IMG/VR virus record: IMGVR_UViG_3300031552_000001
Coordinates: 32,001 to 96,000 of that record
From: a virus
Length of the DNA stretch: 64,000 bases
Direction: 5' to 3' (one strand)
Below the pieces are notes generated by a model, which worked only from the letters and a program-made list of their open reading frames with translations, was not told where the DNA came from and did no database searches. A program made the translations under genes and the position numbers. Positions 55,401 to 62,650 of this stretch are shown here, one piece after another. Numbering within the stretch: the first letter of the stretch is position 1; the number at the start of each line of letters is the position of its first letter.

Positions 55401-57421
55401 GATTTTCTCAACTGATCCCTTGTTAACCACCCTCTGTTACTAAGAATCTCTGTACGGGCATCAAAACAGGTAAGTTTTTTAGCGGCCGTCTCAGACACCA
55501 CCACCCCGTCTTCGAAGTTCAACCCCTTCCACGGCATATAAGCCACTCTAAGATTCGTGCCCAGCGCCAGGGTGCCGTTCTTAGTAAAATTGATGTCAGC
55601 AACCACCTGCCCAGATGATACGTTGTCACCTACTTTAACCAAGGGGGTGCTGCTAAGAACACTTTTGTCGTCATTTAGAGGATAGTCATCGTACAGTTGA
55701 ACTTCTTTTTTCGACCCGTCTTTTGCCTTAACGATTATTGCATCTTTTTTAATCGACTCTACAACTCCATTAATGGGCGAGACGTGGCTTACAAAAGCAC
55801 CTAAACCCTGCTCAAAAGTGCGAGAGGGGCTATCACTTCTTGTCTGCACAAGAGGCTCCTCTCTGTCCTTTAGAGACACCGCCTGCTCTAATTGCCGAGA
55901 GGCGACCATAGTTCTATTGCCTTGGTTGTTTTGCAAAAACGGAATGATGTTTGCGGACAAGTCGAACATGCCTTTACTTGAAGCCAGTACGTAGTCTACG
56001 TCCTTTGGCTTCAGTACAGTCACCGTACCCTCCGAATCGGACACCTTCACAGAGTCCTTAACCGGCACGGGCTTACCCGCCTTCCATTCATATTGATCGG
56101 GGAATGCTAAATTAGACTTGAGAGCCTGATAGGGGTTTATGAACTCCCTTTTTCCAGTCTTCACGTTGAACACCGGAATTTTTAAGTCCTGGCCGTCCTT
56201 CACCACATGGGAAGCAAGCTGAAGTGTGACGCCGATGCGATCCGATTCTGGCGTATGGATTGGGTCCAAGAACCCTAAATGACTGGGGTTAATGGACTGA
56301 GCTTCTAGAGAAACCTCGTGGGTGGATTTGATCCCTCCCTCACCTGGAGCAAAAAGAGTAGTTCTACGATTACCTGAAATAAAACTTATAGGGTTGGTTT
56401 GAGTCGGTCTTTCAGACAGCACGGAACTTACAAAGAACTTGCGCAGGGGCTTACCAAAAACGTCGGGGTTGATAATGTCCCTAACTCGATCGTGCTTGTC
56501 TAACGTATTCCCTATCTTTCTTTTTACCCCTTTTTCTACCTGCCATTTCTCTAAACGCTCATTTATAAGGTCTTCCGCTGAGTAAAGATCCTTGAAGGAC
56601 AAGGAGTCTCTATCATCAGGCTCAACTTTTTGTTGAGACACCTGTAAGATTTTTTTGGAGCCCGCCAATAAAGACGCACCGTTGACTTTATCGTAGGGCT
56701 TCCCCAGTGTTAATTGGGTTGAGTCCGGGCGAAGCACCGTCTTATCAAACTCGCCTATAACTAACTTCTTAGCTTCTTCTACCGTTTCTGGATTAGAGCC
56801 TCTAACCGCTCTATAGAACTTTCTGAGAGCGTTCTCAGCATTTGTGCTCTTGTTAGCGCTCAGAATATCCTTTCCCCATGTTCTTTCTATGGAGTCGTCA
56901 TCTACCCCCATCGTCTTCAGAATAGGGTAAAGAGGTATTTGGGCCTCTCCATAGCGAAGGGTCATTTTTTGAGTTTTCGGACTGAAATCCATATCAAACG
57001 CCTTGCCCTTGGCTAGATTCCACTGAGAGGTGAGTTCTCCATTTCTTCGAATTCTGGTATAAACCCCCGACTTCATTCGAAATAGGTTATTTACCTGCCA
57101 CTCACTGCCATTGACGATATAGCTATAACGGCGAGTTATTTTTGGTAATTGAGCGACATTGACCACCTGTTTATCAACCACCTTACCTGTACTTTTATCC
57201 TTAAGCTCGAGTTCCGCGCGTATCGGAACAGTCCAGCTTCTGCCTTTTATTCTTGCGTCCTTTTGCTCTCGTATGTCGTCTATGTCCTTGTCGTCATCTA
57301 CCCACACCTTCTTTGCTACAAGAGTGTGCTGTTTTCCCTCGATAGGGAAATAATTCTGGATAGTACGAGCCGTTCTTTTTTTGAGACTCTCGAAAGCCTC
57401 TTCAGGAGAATAGTGCGCCAT
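49451..57421 (-). CDS. rpoBC: Single-polypeptide DNA-directed RNA polymerase, fused beta + beta' (about 2067 aa after removing two inteins)
   Basis: Beta motifs: GLNFEDG, GDKIVGRHGNKGVV, LLNQTGVPTRINLGQ, LKLHH. Beta' motifs: KRDPVLH, NADFDGD, GARMG, QALGEPATQL..N|SFHTGG. Junction near 53390. Confidence 0.95.
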   Translation of the reverse strand: MAHYSPEEAFESLKKRTARTIQNYFPIEGKQHTLVAKKVWVDDDKDIDDIREQKDARIKGRSWTVPIRAELELKDKSTGKVVDKQVVNVAQLPKITRRYSYIVNGSEWQVNNLFRMKSGVYTRIRRNGELTSQWNLAKGKAFDMDFSPKTQKMTLRYGEAQIPLYPILKTMGVDDDSIERTWGKDILSANKSTNAENALRKFYRAVRGSNPETVEEAKKLVIGEFDKTVLRPDSTQLTLGKPYDKVNGASLLAGSKKILQVSQQKVEPDDRDSLSFKDLYSAEDLINERLEKWQVEKGVKRKIGNTLDKHDRVRDIINPDVFGKPLRKFFVSSVLSERPTQTNPISFISGNRRTTLFAPGEGGIKSTHEVSLEAQSINPSHLGFLDPIHTPESDRIGVTLQLASHVVKDGQDLKIPVFNVKTGKREFINPYQALKSNLAFPDQYEWKAGKPVPVKDSVKVSDSEGTVTVLKPKDVDYVLASSKGMFDLSANIIPFLQNNQGNRTMVASRQLEQAVSLKDREEPLVQTRSDSPSRTFEQGLGAFVSHVSPINGVVESIKKDAIIVKAKDGSKKEVQLYDDYPLNDDKSVLSSTPLVKVGDNVSSGQVVADINFTKNGTLALGTNLRVAYMPWKGLNFEDGVVVSETAAKKLTCFDARTEILSNRGWLTRDQLRKSDLVASLQDGKLSYQSIIEFHDGLSDTMAMASSRQFDICVTPTHKLYVSPSKKKVFEKVEASLLLNKRVRLLRTAENAGPDQDVFRLPSIRKCNPHGPEYNSREISPLSINMDDWCLLFGLYIAEGHCDYKGGGNEKSPKVSIRQFKPRVKKVLKELSSRLGFGTLASCDRWLWSSKQAASYLSQFGKAVDKYLPEWVWSLSQRQSRILLEGLLLGDGGLSMQKKGSYFTSSVRLRDDVQRLALHCGYSANWSIHCKAGYSSTKSTGEVVTATVDSYRVSILGEEHSPHLNASDFSKLKLTKLKEPIKVWCVSVPSGVVYVRRNGKPRWCGNSEHLFREKVTAEKSIQLDKKKFMSYMAGKVTKEQSDKLDEDAIIREGQTVNKDDILFGVLKEENVTPDEQKLGLFSKGLIRPWKPREIRWTKDVPGTVTRVAKHGKNTTVYVRAEVPADVGDKIVGRHGNKGVVTRVIPDSEMPKTKEGKPVEVLLNQTGVPTRINLGQVLETAAAKLAEKKGKPYVVNNFDPKITDYTRHLRDELKKNGVSDTEDLYDPETGRKFPDVLTGPQYILKLHHTADKGLSVRSRDAYDSNLLPSGGGPKGGQTMDAMGLYALLAHNARENIREMQTLKSDFNDEFWTQLQAGDSVPTPKVPFVFKKFEGYLKGMGLDISKEGNNLILQPLTDKKVLEMSNGALADAGRALWAKDAREEVGGIFDPKVTGGVRGTKWSHVPLPERMPNPVFEGPISSLLGLNQNSFNRIVTGGERLNGMTGPQAIVAAVKALDLKKMKKDIEDRLPTLRASKLNDANKKLKYLRALDRAGLSPSEAYTMKHLPVLPPVFRPIIVMDNGVIRYDDVNRLYNHIGHVNSKLKGFDSALPPEEKVELQSALYDGLKAVMLTGGVHQGKHRNAIMQTISGSGEKGGQPKEGFFQDKIIGRRQDLSMRGVITPEPSLSLDEVGLPRKAAAELYKPFVIRRLVQLGHKPLDAQDMVKKNHPAAADALQVVVDERPIIIKRDPVLHKFGVQAFRPRLIEGKAVQVHPLVTSGFNADFDGDKMSAFVPVSQKAVKEAIKMLPSFNLFSPTTGYLMSKPTQESMMGLYKLTEVEDRDPVRFSSVADAARAVKEGRIRLTDPIKLNELDGDPFGALFKKAAGPVKTTVGRVMLYHSLPTDLRDSRILNDTSFMLDKKTLNSLLTEVAKKSPKDFGVVADRLKDIGNEYATGMSIGLDDFLSDREYRDEVLKDAAGKEAKIRSKTYGPIRRKEEIVKLYASAADKIHGVAKKRADRSKNRMYDWVKSGARGSWSQFKQMTVAPMLVADSRGEPVPIPIPKSYSEGLDIGSYFASMHGARMGTIGRVQGTQAPGKMSKHLVNTAMNQLIVDDDCGTTKGVVLPVDNNDVLDRFTVKDIDLGVKAGIDKGKVPAGTLVTPDLLSRLRNNKITKLEVRSPLKCAHGKGLCSKCYGLNEEGKLHSPGSNVGVIAAQALGEPATQLAMNCLAEDSEVRIKTTDGAVSILTLKSLWDQVYSDVSVDRGMETKVTERLKVWDGYEYTAVYTIQRHEPCDTMYEMRTESGSYLIAQGNHATLARTGSGKCGFCGCAEPVRDVRGYRNSTKYDLVLVSCAGCLRTTLISKEAYKEQQEAAFHTRAINGRYVGITREWSSSKSPGVFEKVTSLFKKAWSFLCRYAGPELYPDLYYSKVVSVREVKYSGWTYDLSTASRAFSANKIRTHNSFHTGGIVGAKGTSATSLFNRLEQLLNVPKKLPGAATLADTEGSVSKIEKDPAGGWRVMVSPNKASSLESAVPHYVPATRSISVKKGQEVKAGDALSDGPKNPRDMLARTNINTVQQYLTDEIWNAYKDEGPVRRRNVETFVRAMTNLSEVVDPGDHDTLLRGDHAATSEIAAFNRNLKPGQKQVTYKPVLQGVNMLPLELQTDWIARLQSRSLKSTILDAAAKGWKSVLHGTHPIPGMAVGKEFGQPPSDTPWAY
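50222..50926 (-). mobile_element. Intein 2 of RNAP (235-aa mini-intein with CxxC...CxxC insert) in the trigger loop
   Basis: QLAMN|CLAEDS...QGNH...TYDL...IRTHN|SFHTGG. No LAGLIDADG motif. Confidence 0.9.
54407..55468 (-). mobile_element. Intein 1 of RNAP (354 aa, LAGLIDADG endonuclease) in the beta portion
   Basis: KKLT|CFDART...VTPTHK...GLYIAEG...EGLLLGDG...RWCGN|SEH. Confidence 0.92.
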
Positions 57422-57586
57422 TTGTGCTCCCGCGCTGTCTTTAGCGATGCCTAACCGCCTGAGCGCTTCAGCATCCTACACCAGTAAAAGAGGTTCCAGC
57501 AACAACCCTTGGTGAGAATAAGCGAGCTACTTCGACATAAGAAGAGTGAAGAGGCAATAGTGCCCTTACGTACGGAGACTGAAAAA

Positions 57587-57751
57587 ATGGAAGAAAAATC
57601 GTCGTGCGAGATGTTTAAACAAGATTTGGATTCGATGGTGGGGGGTACGTTTCCAACAGACACTACGTCTGACTCTACAGAAGACAGTAACCAAAACCCC
57701 GAAACTGAACCCACAAACGAGAGCAGTAACGAAAAGACAGTAAATGATTAA
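57587..57751 (+). CDS. Small acidic Ser/Thr-rich hypothetical protein
   Basis: GGAG RBS before ATG 57587. Confidence 0.4.
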   Translation: MEEKSSCEMFKQDLDSMVGGTFPTDTTSDSTEDSNQNPETEPTNESSNEKTVND

Positions 57752-57798
57752 GCTGTTTCTGCTTGGCTTACTCGCAGGCTTAATGTGGAGAATTTCCT

Positions 57799-58365
57799 AT
57801 GAACTCAAAAAAGCCCTTCATTCGTCCATCGATCAAGACGGAGAATAGCTCATCAGAAATACCACGAAGGGCCGCACCAAAAACTACAAAATCGATAAAT
57901 CTCGGCCCGTGCCTCCTATGTGGGGGCCTAGTTACAGGGCCAACTGCTATTCGACTAAAGCACGGCTGCGTATCAAATCGAAGAGGGATAGAATTCCTGC
58001 CACTACCATTTGACGACCAAACAATGGTTAAGTGGCTCTGTATCGGGTGCGCTCTGGATAACAACGTTGTCTCTGACGATGTTAGCGGGTTCTCTACCCT
58101 GTTAAACGGCCTAAAAAGCGACGGCCAGTGTTGCCTGTGTGGGCAAGTTATCGAACCCTACCCCCTAAAGGAGTGGTCTAGCGCAATACTGATAGAATTC
58201 GGAATGGCGGTTCAAAGTAATAAAGGGCCCTTTCATATTTTCCACCCCAGCAAGTCGGGCCATCTTCACTACTTCTGCCTGGATGACTTAAACCTGGAAC
58301 TGTGGAGGATAATAGAGAGAACAGACGAGCCTGATTACCAAAGGTATCTGCCGACATGCATATAG
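57799..58365 (+). CDS. Cys-rich (double Zn finger-like) hypothetical protein
   Basis: CLLCG...HGC...CIGC and CCLCG...HYFC. GGAG RBS. Confidence 0.65.
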   Translation: MNSKKPFIRPSIKTENSSSEIPRRAAPKTTKSINLGPCLLCGGLVTGPTAIRLKHGCVSNRRGIEFLPLPFDDQTMVKWLCIGCALDNNVVSDDVSGFSTLLNGLKSDGQCCLCGQVIEPYPLKEWSSAILIEFGMAVQSNKGPFHIFHPSKSGHLHYFCLDDLNLELWRIIERTDEPDYQRYLPTCI

Positions 58366-58610
58366 GAAAATCCAAAGTGGTGCTGTGTGACCATTGCGGA
58401 AAGGCACTTACAGAGGAGGAAGCTGATAGTAGCACTCGCAACGGAAAGGTGCGCCACTTCTGCCGCGGTAATTGTATGAATGAATACTACCTCGAACAGC
58501 TAGGCAGTGAAGCTGAAAGACGCACCTACGAAAAGTACAGACACGAATACAACCTCATCTACAAGATGGTGTGCCCCGCCTGCAAATGGCGCTTAAAGAG
58601 ACTGCTATGA
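58356..58610 (+). CDS. Small Zn-finger protein (TRASH/FCS-like)
   Basis: CDHCG...HFCRGNC; C-terminal CPAC. Confidence 0.65.
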   Translation: MHIGKSKVVLCDHCGKALTEEEADSSTRNGKVRHFCRGNCMNEYYLEQLGSEAERRTYEKYRHEYNLIYKMVCPACKWRLKRLL

Positions 58611-58655
58611 TCCACCAAACGAGACTTCTATTTACAGCAAAGGAAGGATATTGCC

Positions 58656-58922
58656 ATGGTAGAGAAGATCTTAAATGCCCTCTTGGCCACAAGAAGAAGG
58701 GAACCTCAAACATTTGCCAGAATAATGAATTTCCTCGGCAAAGGAAGAGCGCCAATCGAATTTGATGCACCCGACATAGCAAGGCTTCCGTGGAAGGAAA
58801 CGTCTACTGGAAAATTTATCGTCCTCGTGAAAAACAAAAAGGTCGTCATGGCCTTAGGATGCCCGGAAGGAAAAAAGCCTTACGTTACGACGGTAGAATG
58901 CACAAACATCGTACCTCAATAA
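58656..58922 (+). CDS. Hypothetical protein
   Basis: AAGGAAGG RBS. An alternative coupled ORF at 58607-58765 overlaps it, so the call is uncertain. Confidence 0.4.
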   Translation: MVEKILNALLATRRREPQTFARIMNFLGKGRAPIEFDAPDIARLPWKETSTGKFIVLVKNKKVVMALGCPEGKKPYVTTVECTNIVPQ

Positions 58923-58932
58923 CATCAAACAG

Positions 58933-58958
58933 GAAAAAGCCTCTCGGGGCTTTTTCTT
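58933..58958. terminator. Bidirectional intrinsic terminator
   Basis: GAAAAAGCC-TCTCGG-GGCTTTTTC between convergent stops at 58922 and 58963. Confidence 0.8.
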
Positions 58959-58962
58959 AGCC

Positions 58963-59826
58963 CTACAAGGAAACAGTGGGCGTAGGTTTAGGCCCTAATG
59001 GAGCTGTAGGGACTCCACCTTCAATCAGAGGCATTCTAACAGGAGCGGGTGCTGCTCTGCGGGGGAGAGTTAAAGGGGCCCTAGCGGGAGCGGATTTAAT
59101 CTGAGATAAGGCTCGGCCCTTAGAACCGCCTCCTATAAGCCGATAAAGCTGTTCCTTATTTAGCCCTTGTTCAGACCTTCCTATCGCTTTTTTCATATAG
59201 GGAGTAAATTTACGCAGTCCCGATTCGGTTAAGTTAAGTACGTTACCGGCCATACCCCCCATACCCTCAGCCTCCCCTTTATGCATAGGAAGAACATCAA
59301 TAGCTTTTTCGCCTCGGATATTGGCCTTCCTAATGTCCTCTAATTGATAGCCCTTCGAAGCTCCAGCTCTTTGGAGCTCTTCTTTGATTGTAGCTTCTGC
59401 TCTACGTCCAGGCTCTCCTCCCGGTACGTATTCATGAAAAGTAGCCCGACCGCCTCTGCCTGTTCTTGCGAAGCCGTAAGTCTTAGCCAGCCTCGGAGAA
59501 TCTACGACCTTAGACATTTGTAGCTTGCGCCCTACCATCATAGGAGAAGCTATAGCGGAAGTGGGGTCATAGAGCTTACGAACCGCTACCCCATGCTCCG
59601 GGTGAGCTACCAAATCGGCTATTCCTTCGCTACCGCCTCCGAGGTGCTTGATGTGAGACCCCATAGCTGAGGGTTTCAACACTCCAGGGGTCTTTGCTAG
59701 TCGGCTAGCCTGCTCAAGCGCCCCACTGGTTCCTTTAGAGAACAGGTTCTTAATAAGACGGAAACCGGCTCTGGCTGAGATCTTCTCAAGCTCGTCTTTA
59801 AAAGCAAGTAAAGAAGTAGAATTCAT
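58963..59826 (-). CDS. Minimal Hanks-type protein kinase with AFKDELEKIS leader
   Basis: Subdomain I HLGGGSEG, II VAVRK, IV SPRLAKTYG, V HEYVPGG, VIb EDIRKANI, VII KAID. Confidence 0.78.
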   Translation of the reverse strand: MNSTSLLAFKDELEKISARAGFRLIKNLFSKGTSGALEQASRLAKTPGVLKPSAMGSHIKHLGGGSEGIADLVAHPEHGVAVRKLYDPTSAIASPMMVGRKLQMSKVVDSPRLAKTYGFARTGRGGRATFHEYVPGGEPGRRAEATIKEELQRAGASKGYQLEDIRKANIRGEKAIDVLPMHKGEAEGMGGMAGNVLNLTESGLRKFTPYMKKAIGRSEQGLNKEQLYRLIGGGSKGRALSQIKSAPARAPLTLPRRAAPAPVRMPLIEGGVPTAPLGPKPTPTVSL

Positions 59827-61835
59827 GCCGCTGCAGCCTCGGGCCCTCTCATGGGAGGTTTCTGCTCAGGCATAGGCTGAGCCGCAGAGTTCACATTAGC
59901 CCCTCTAGACTGCTGCATAAGCTGCAATATCAACGAATAGAGTTGAGGATTACTGCTTCTCATCTGCATAAGGTGCTGCTGCTTCTCCTGCTCGGGTAGC
60001 TGATTCAGCCAACTCACTACCTTATTCGCTATATCAAGAACCCCAAGTTGGGAAGGTTGATTAGACACCAATTGAGATTCACCAGAAGCAGTAGGGGATT
60101 CCTCCTGACTCATCTCCATAGGAGGCACCTGACCCGCTTGATTCATCATCCCGGTTTGAGCGTTTATGGCAGCACCTTGCGCTATAGGGCTAGACATGCC
60201 AGGCTGACCTGCGGCCGCCATACCCCCCTCTTGCATCGCTCTTTGGTCTTTTGGATCCATAGGGGCTACTTGTTGCTCCATCAAAATTTTCTGCGCTCTA
60301 GTTTGATACTTGATTTGAACCAGTTGGGCCTCACCTTGAATGCCTGCCTGAGCCAAAGCTTGAGACCTTTGATTTTCGAGCACTCTCTTTTGCTCTACGG
60401 ATATTAGCTCAGATTCTTTGACTGCATCCCAGTCCATGTCCTCAAGTAAAGACTTGTCAGACAACTTACCCGCTTGATTCATTTGCAAAAATAGGGCGCT
60501 ACGCTGCAAATCATCCGCCATTTTGAACCGTTTGTAATGTACAGGTACGGTCTCCCACCCCATATACGCGCCTATATTTGGCAGGATAAAATCAGTAACC
60601 AACTGTTTATGTTGTGTCCTTTGATCTAAAAAATGATTCTCCAAAATTCTCAGAGATACGTTTGAACCGCTATAGCTCATTCCACCGAAGACGAACTCTA
60701 TCGGGACTCCCATGCCTGCAATAATATGCTCTGCCCATACGCGATATTCTTGTGCCAACATTAAGGCTCTTCCATCGCCGCCTAAAGTCTGTTGGCCTAC
60801 TGGAATAGGAAGTAGTGGGATGTAGTTGTTATCTAACCTCCATCGAATAATCTCCTGCTCTATTTTGTCTCGCCATTGTGTAAGATTAACAGACGAATAT
60901 ACAGAAGCATCTGGAGAGGAGGTCTGTGGAAACAGCAAGCGTAATGGGACGATATGTTCTACTGCAATGGCTTCTTGGGCCTTACGCAATATTTGGAGGT
61001 AGAAAGCGTCTTTGAGAACAGGAAGAACCATGGGCATCCCCCACCCCTTGTCCTTTTGGGCAATGGTAGGGCGCTTCATGTGGTAAATGTTATCCCGACT
61101 AAACAATAACGCTTTATTCTGACGAAGGGCCTCAATAAACACTTGAGGAGTGCGCTCTATGATATGCCGCTTAGCCATTCGGACATCATTCGCAAGCATA
61201 GGAGGGATAACGTAGTAGTATCTGCTCTCTCCCGTAGCCTCATTGTGCTGAATTGTGACGTACTCCGGGTTCCACCTAATTAAATGAATATCCCTTACTG
61301 ATCGAACGTAATGATCTCTGACCTGAAACTCTTGGTGGTGGTCGCATCTTTGACAGTTACCTACAAACTTGTAATCTCTAAAAGTGTACTTCTGTTTTTC
61401 TACCCTAGACCGATGCCCGCAACTCTTGCAAATGAGAAGCTTATGGAAAGGGAATGAAATAGATATGAACGCGTTACCGTAAGCTTGATAGTCAAGCCCT
61501 GCTTCCACTTCAAACTTCTTGAAGTTTAAAACTGACCCAAAACAATACTCCCATTGCTTACGAAGCGGCTCGTTTTCTGTATCAAAGACTAAGTCAGTTA
61601 TGGGGTATTCTGCCATTTTAGAACAGACGGCGTTGATAAGCGGGTTAGTTAAAAAGTAATACCTGCACCAACGCAACATCGTTTTAAACGACGACGGCAA
61701 ATACGTATGAGCTATATCAAAAAAAGGAGAAGGGTATCTAATGGCCCCCAGGGCTTCACTAGTTAACGACCGTCCAGTATTCCTAGAGAATCGCATACCG
61801 CCAGAAGGACCGAATGTTAGAGCATCTATGCTCAT
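59823..61835 (-). CDS. Portal protein with Zn-finger insertion and Gln/Pro/Met-rich tail
   Basis: NPLINAVCSKMAEYP, YGNAF, LIRWNP, IYHMKRP...WGMPMVLPVLK, IIAGMGVPIEFVFGG. Insert CKSC...CQRC. Confidence 0.88.
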   Translation of the reverse strand: MSIDALTFGPSGGMRFSRNTGRSLTSEALGAIRYPSPFFDIAHTYLPSSFKTMLRWCRYYFLTNPLINAVCSKMAEYPITDLVFDTENEPLRKQWEYCFGSVLNFKKFEVEAGLDYQAYGNAFISISFPFHKLLICKSCGHRSRVEKQKYTFRDYKFVGNCQRCDHHQEFQVRDHYVRSVRDIHLIRWNPEYVTIQHNEATGESRYYYVIPPMLANDVRMAKRHIIERTPQVFIEALRQNKALLFSRDNIYHMKRPTIAQKDKGWGMPMVLPVLKDAFYLQILRKAQEAIAVEHIVPLRLLFPQTSSPDASVYSSVNLTQWRDKIEQEIIRWRLDNNYIPLLPIPVGQQTLGGDGRALMLAQEYRVWAEHIIAGMGVPIEFVFGGMSYSGSNVSLRILENHFLDQRTQHKQLVTDFILPNIGAYMGWETVPVHYKRFKMADDLQRSALFLQMNQAGKLSDKSLLEDMDWDAVKESELISVEQKRVLENQRSQALAQAGIQGEAQLVQIKYQTRAQKILMEQQVAPMDPKDQRAMQEGGMAAAGQPGMSSPIAQGAAINAQTGMMNQAGQVPPMEMSQEESPTASGESQLVSNQPSQLGVLDIANKVVSWLNQLPEQEKQQHLMQMRSSNPQLYSLILQLMQQSRGANVNSAAQPMPEQKPPMRGPEAAAA

Positions 61836-61843
61836 AGACCACC

Positions 61844-62650
61844 TTACCCGTAGTATTTTTGAATAGTGTTCAGTTGCTCCACAGCTTCACTGGGCGACGG
61901 GGCTCCAACAGCCGTCCTTACGCTGGCCCCAGACCTGACTCTATCTAAAACTCTGCCTAAGCGAGAGCCTAAGCTGGTGGCTCCGTACCAGAGCCCCATT
62001 GCTGGCGCGATACCTAACCCGCTACCTAAAATCATTCCCCCAGCGCTACCTAGCTCCCCTATTCCCTTCTCTAAGGCCCCTCCTTCGCCTGTAGGAGTGG
62101 CCTTCTGCGCGTTCACAACACTTGGGATTCCCATGCCCGCAAAGCCTACGGTCATCCCTTTGCTACCTACAGGGAGATACTTCGTGAGGTTTCCAGCTCC
62201 TGTCCACCCTTTTCGTGATAACTCCTCAGCAACCGATCTAGCTTTACCCGCATTCGGAGAAGTGCCTAACAAGTGCTCCCCGCCCCCCAATAGTTTCTTA
62301 TATGCTCTAGGATTGGTGGTCTTTAAAGAAGTAGCGGCCTCACTGGCGCTTCCAAACCCCAAGGCCTTTGCTCGTTGCTCCATACCGTGTAAAGGGGTAG
62401 AAGCTTCCCAGCCCTCACGCAGCCCCTTTATTGGAGAAAAAGCCCGCCGAGCGCCTTCAGCCCCCCCTCTAAATAACCCATTTTTACCTCGACTAATTTT
62501 ACCAACCGCTTTTAAGGACAACCGTGTAGGGTTTCTTAACGCAGTTGTAGAAAGGTACTTTCCTATACGTCGAAGAATCTGCCCCTGCGCCAGTTTTTGC
62601 AGCTCTTCCGAAAACACATCAAACATAACTGGTGTTAAGGTTTCACCCAC
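61844..62650 (-). CDS. Virion-type protein with VFSEELQKLA leader and glycine-rich hydrophobic C-terminus
   Basis: Shared motif; ELGSAGGMILGSGLGIAPAMGLW. Confidence 0.7.
   Translation of the reverse strand: MGETLTPVMFDVFSEELQKLAQGQILRRIGKYLSTTALRNPTRLSLKAVGKISRGKNGLFRGGAEGARRAFSPIKGLREGWEASTPLHGMEQRAKALGFGSASEAATSLKTTNPRAYKKLLGGGEHLLGTSPNAGKARSVAEELSRKGWTGAGNLTKYLPVGSKGMTVGFAGMGIPSVVNAQKATPTGEGGALEKGIGELGSAGGMILGSGLGIAPAMGLWYGATSLGSRLGRVLDRVRSGASVRTAVGAPSPSEAVEQLNTIQKYYG

Noticed and set aside
49451-57421. Bacterial chromosomal rpoBC (Helicobacter/Wolbachia-type fusion)
   Set aside because: No flanking rplL or rpsL, the protein is much shorter and divergent, and it is flanked by phage spike and portal genes.
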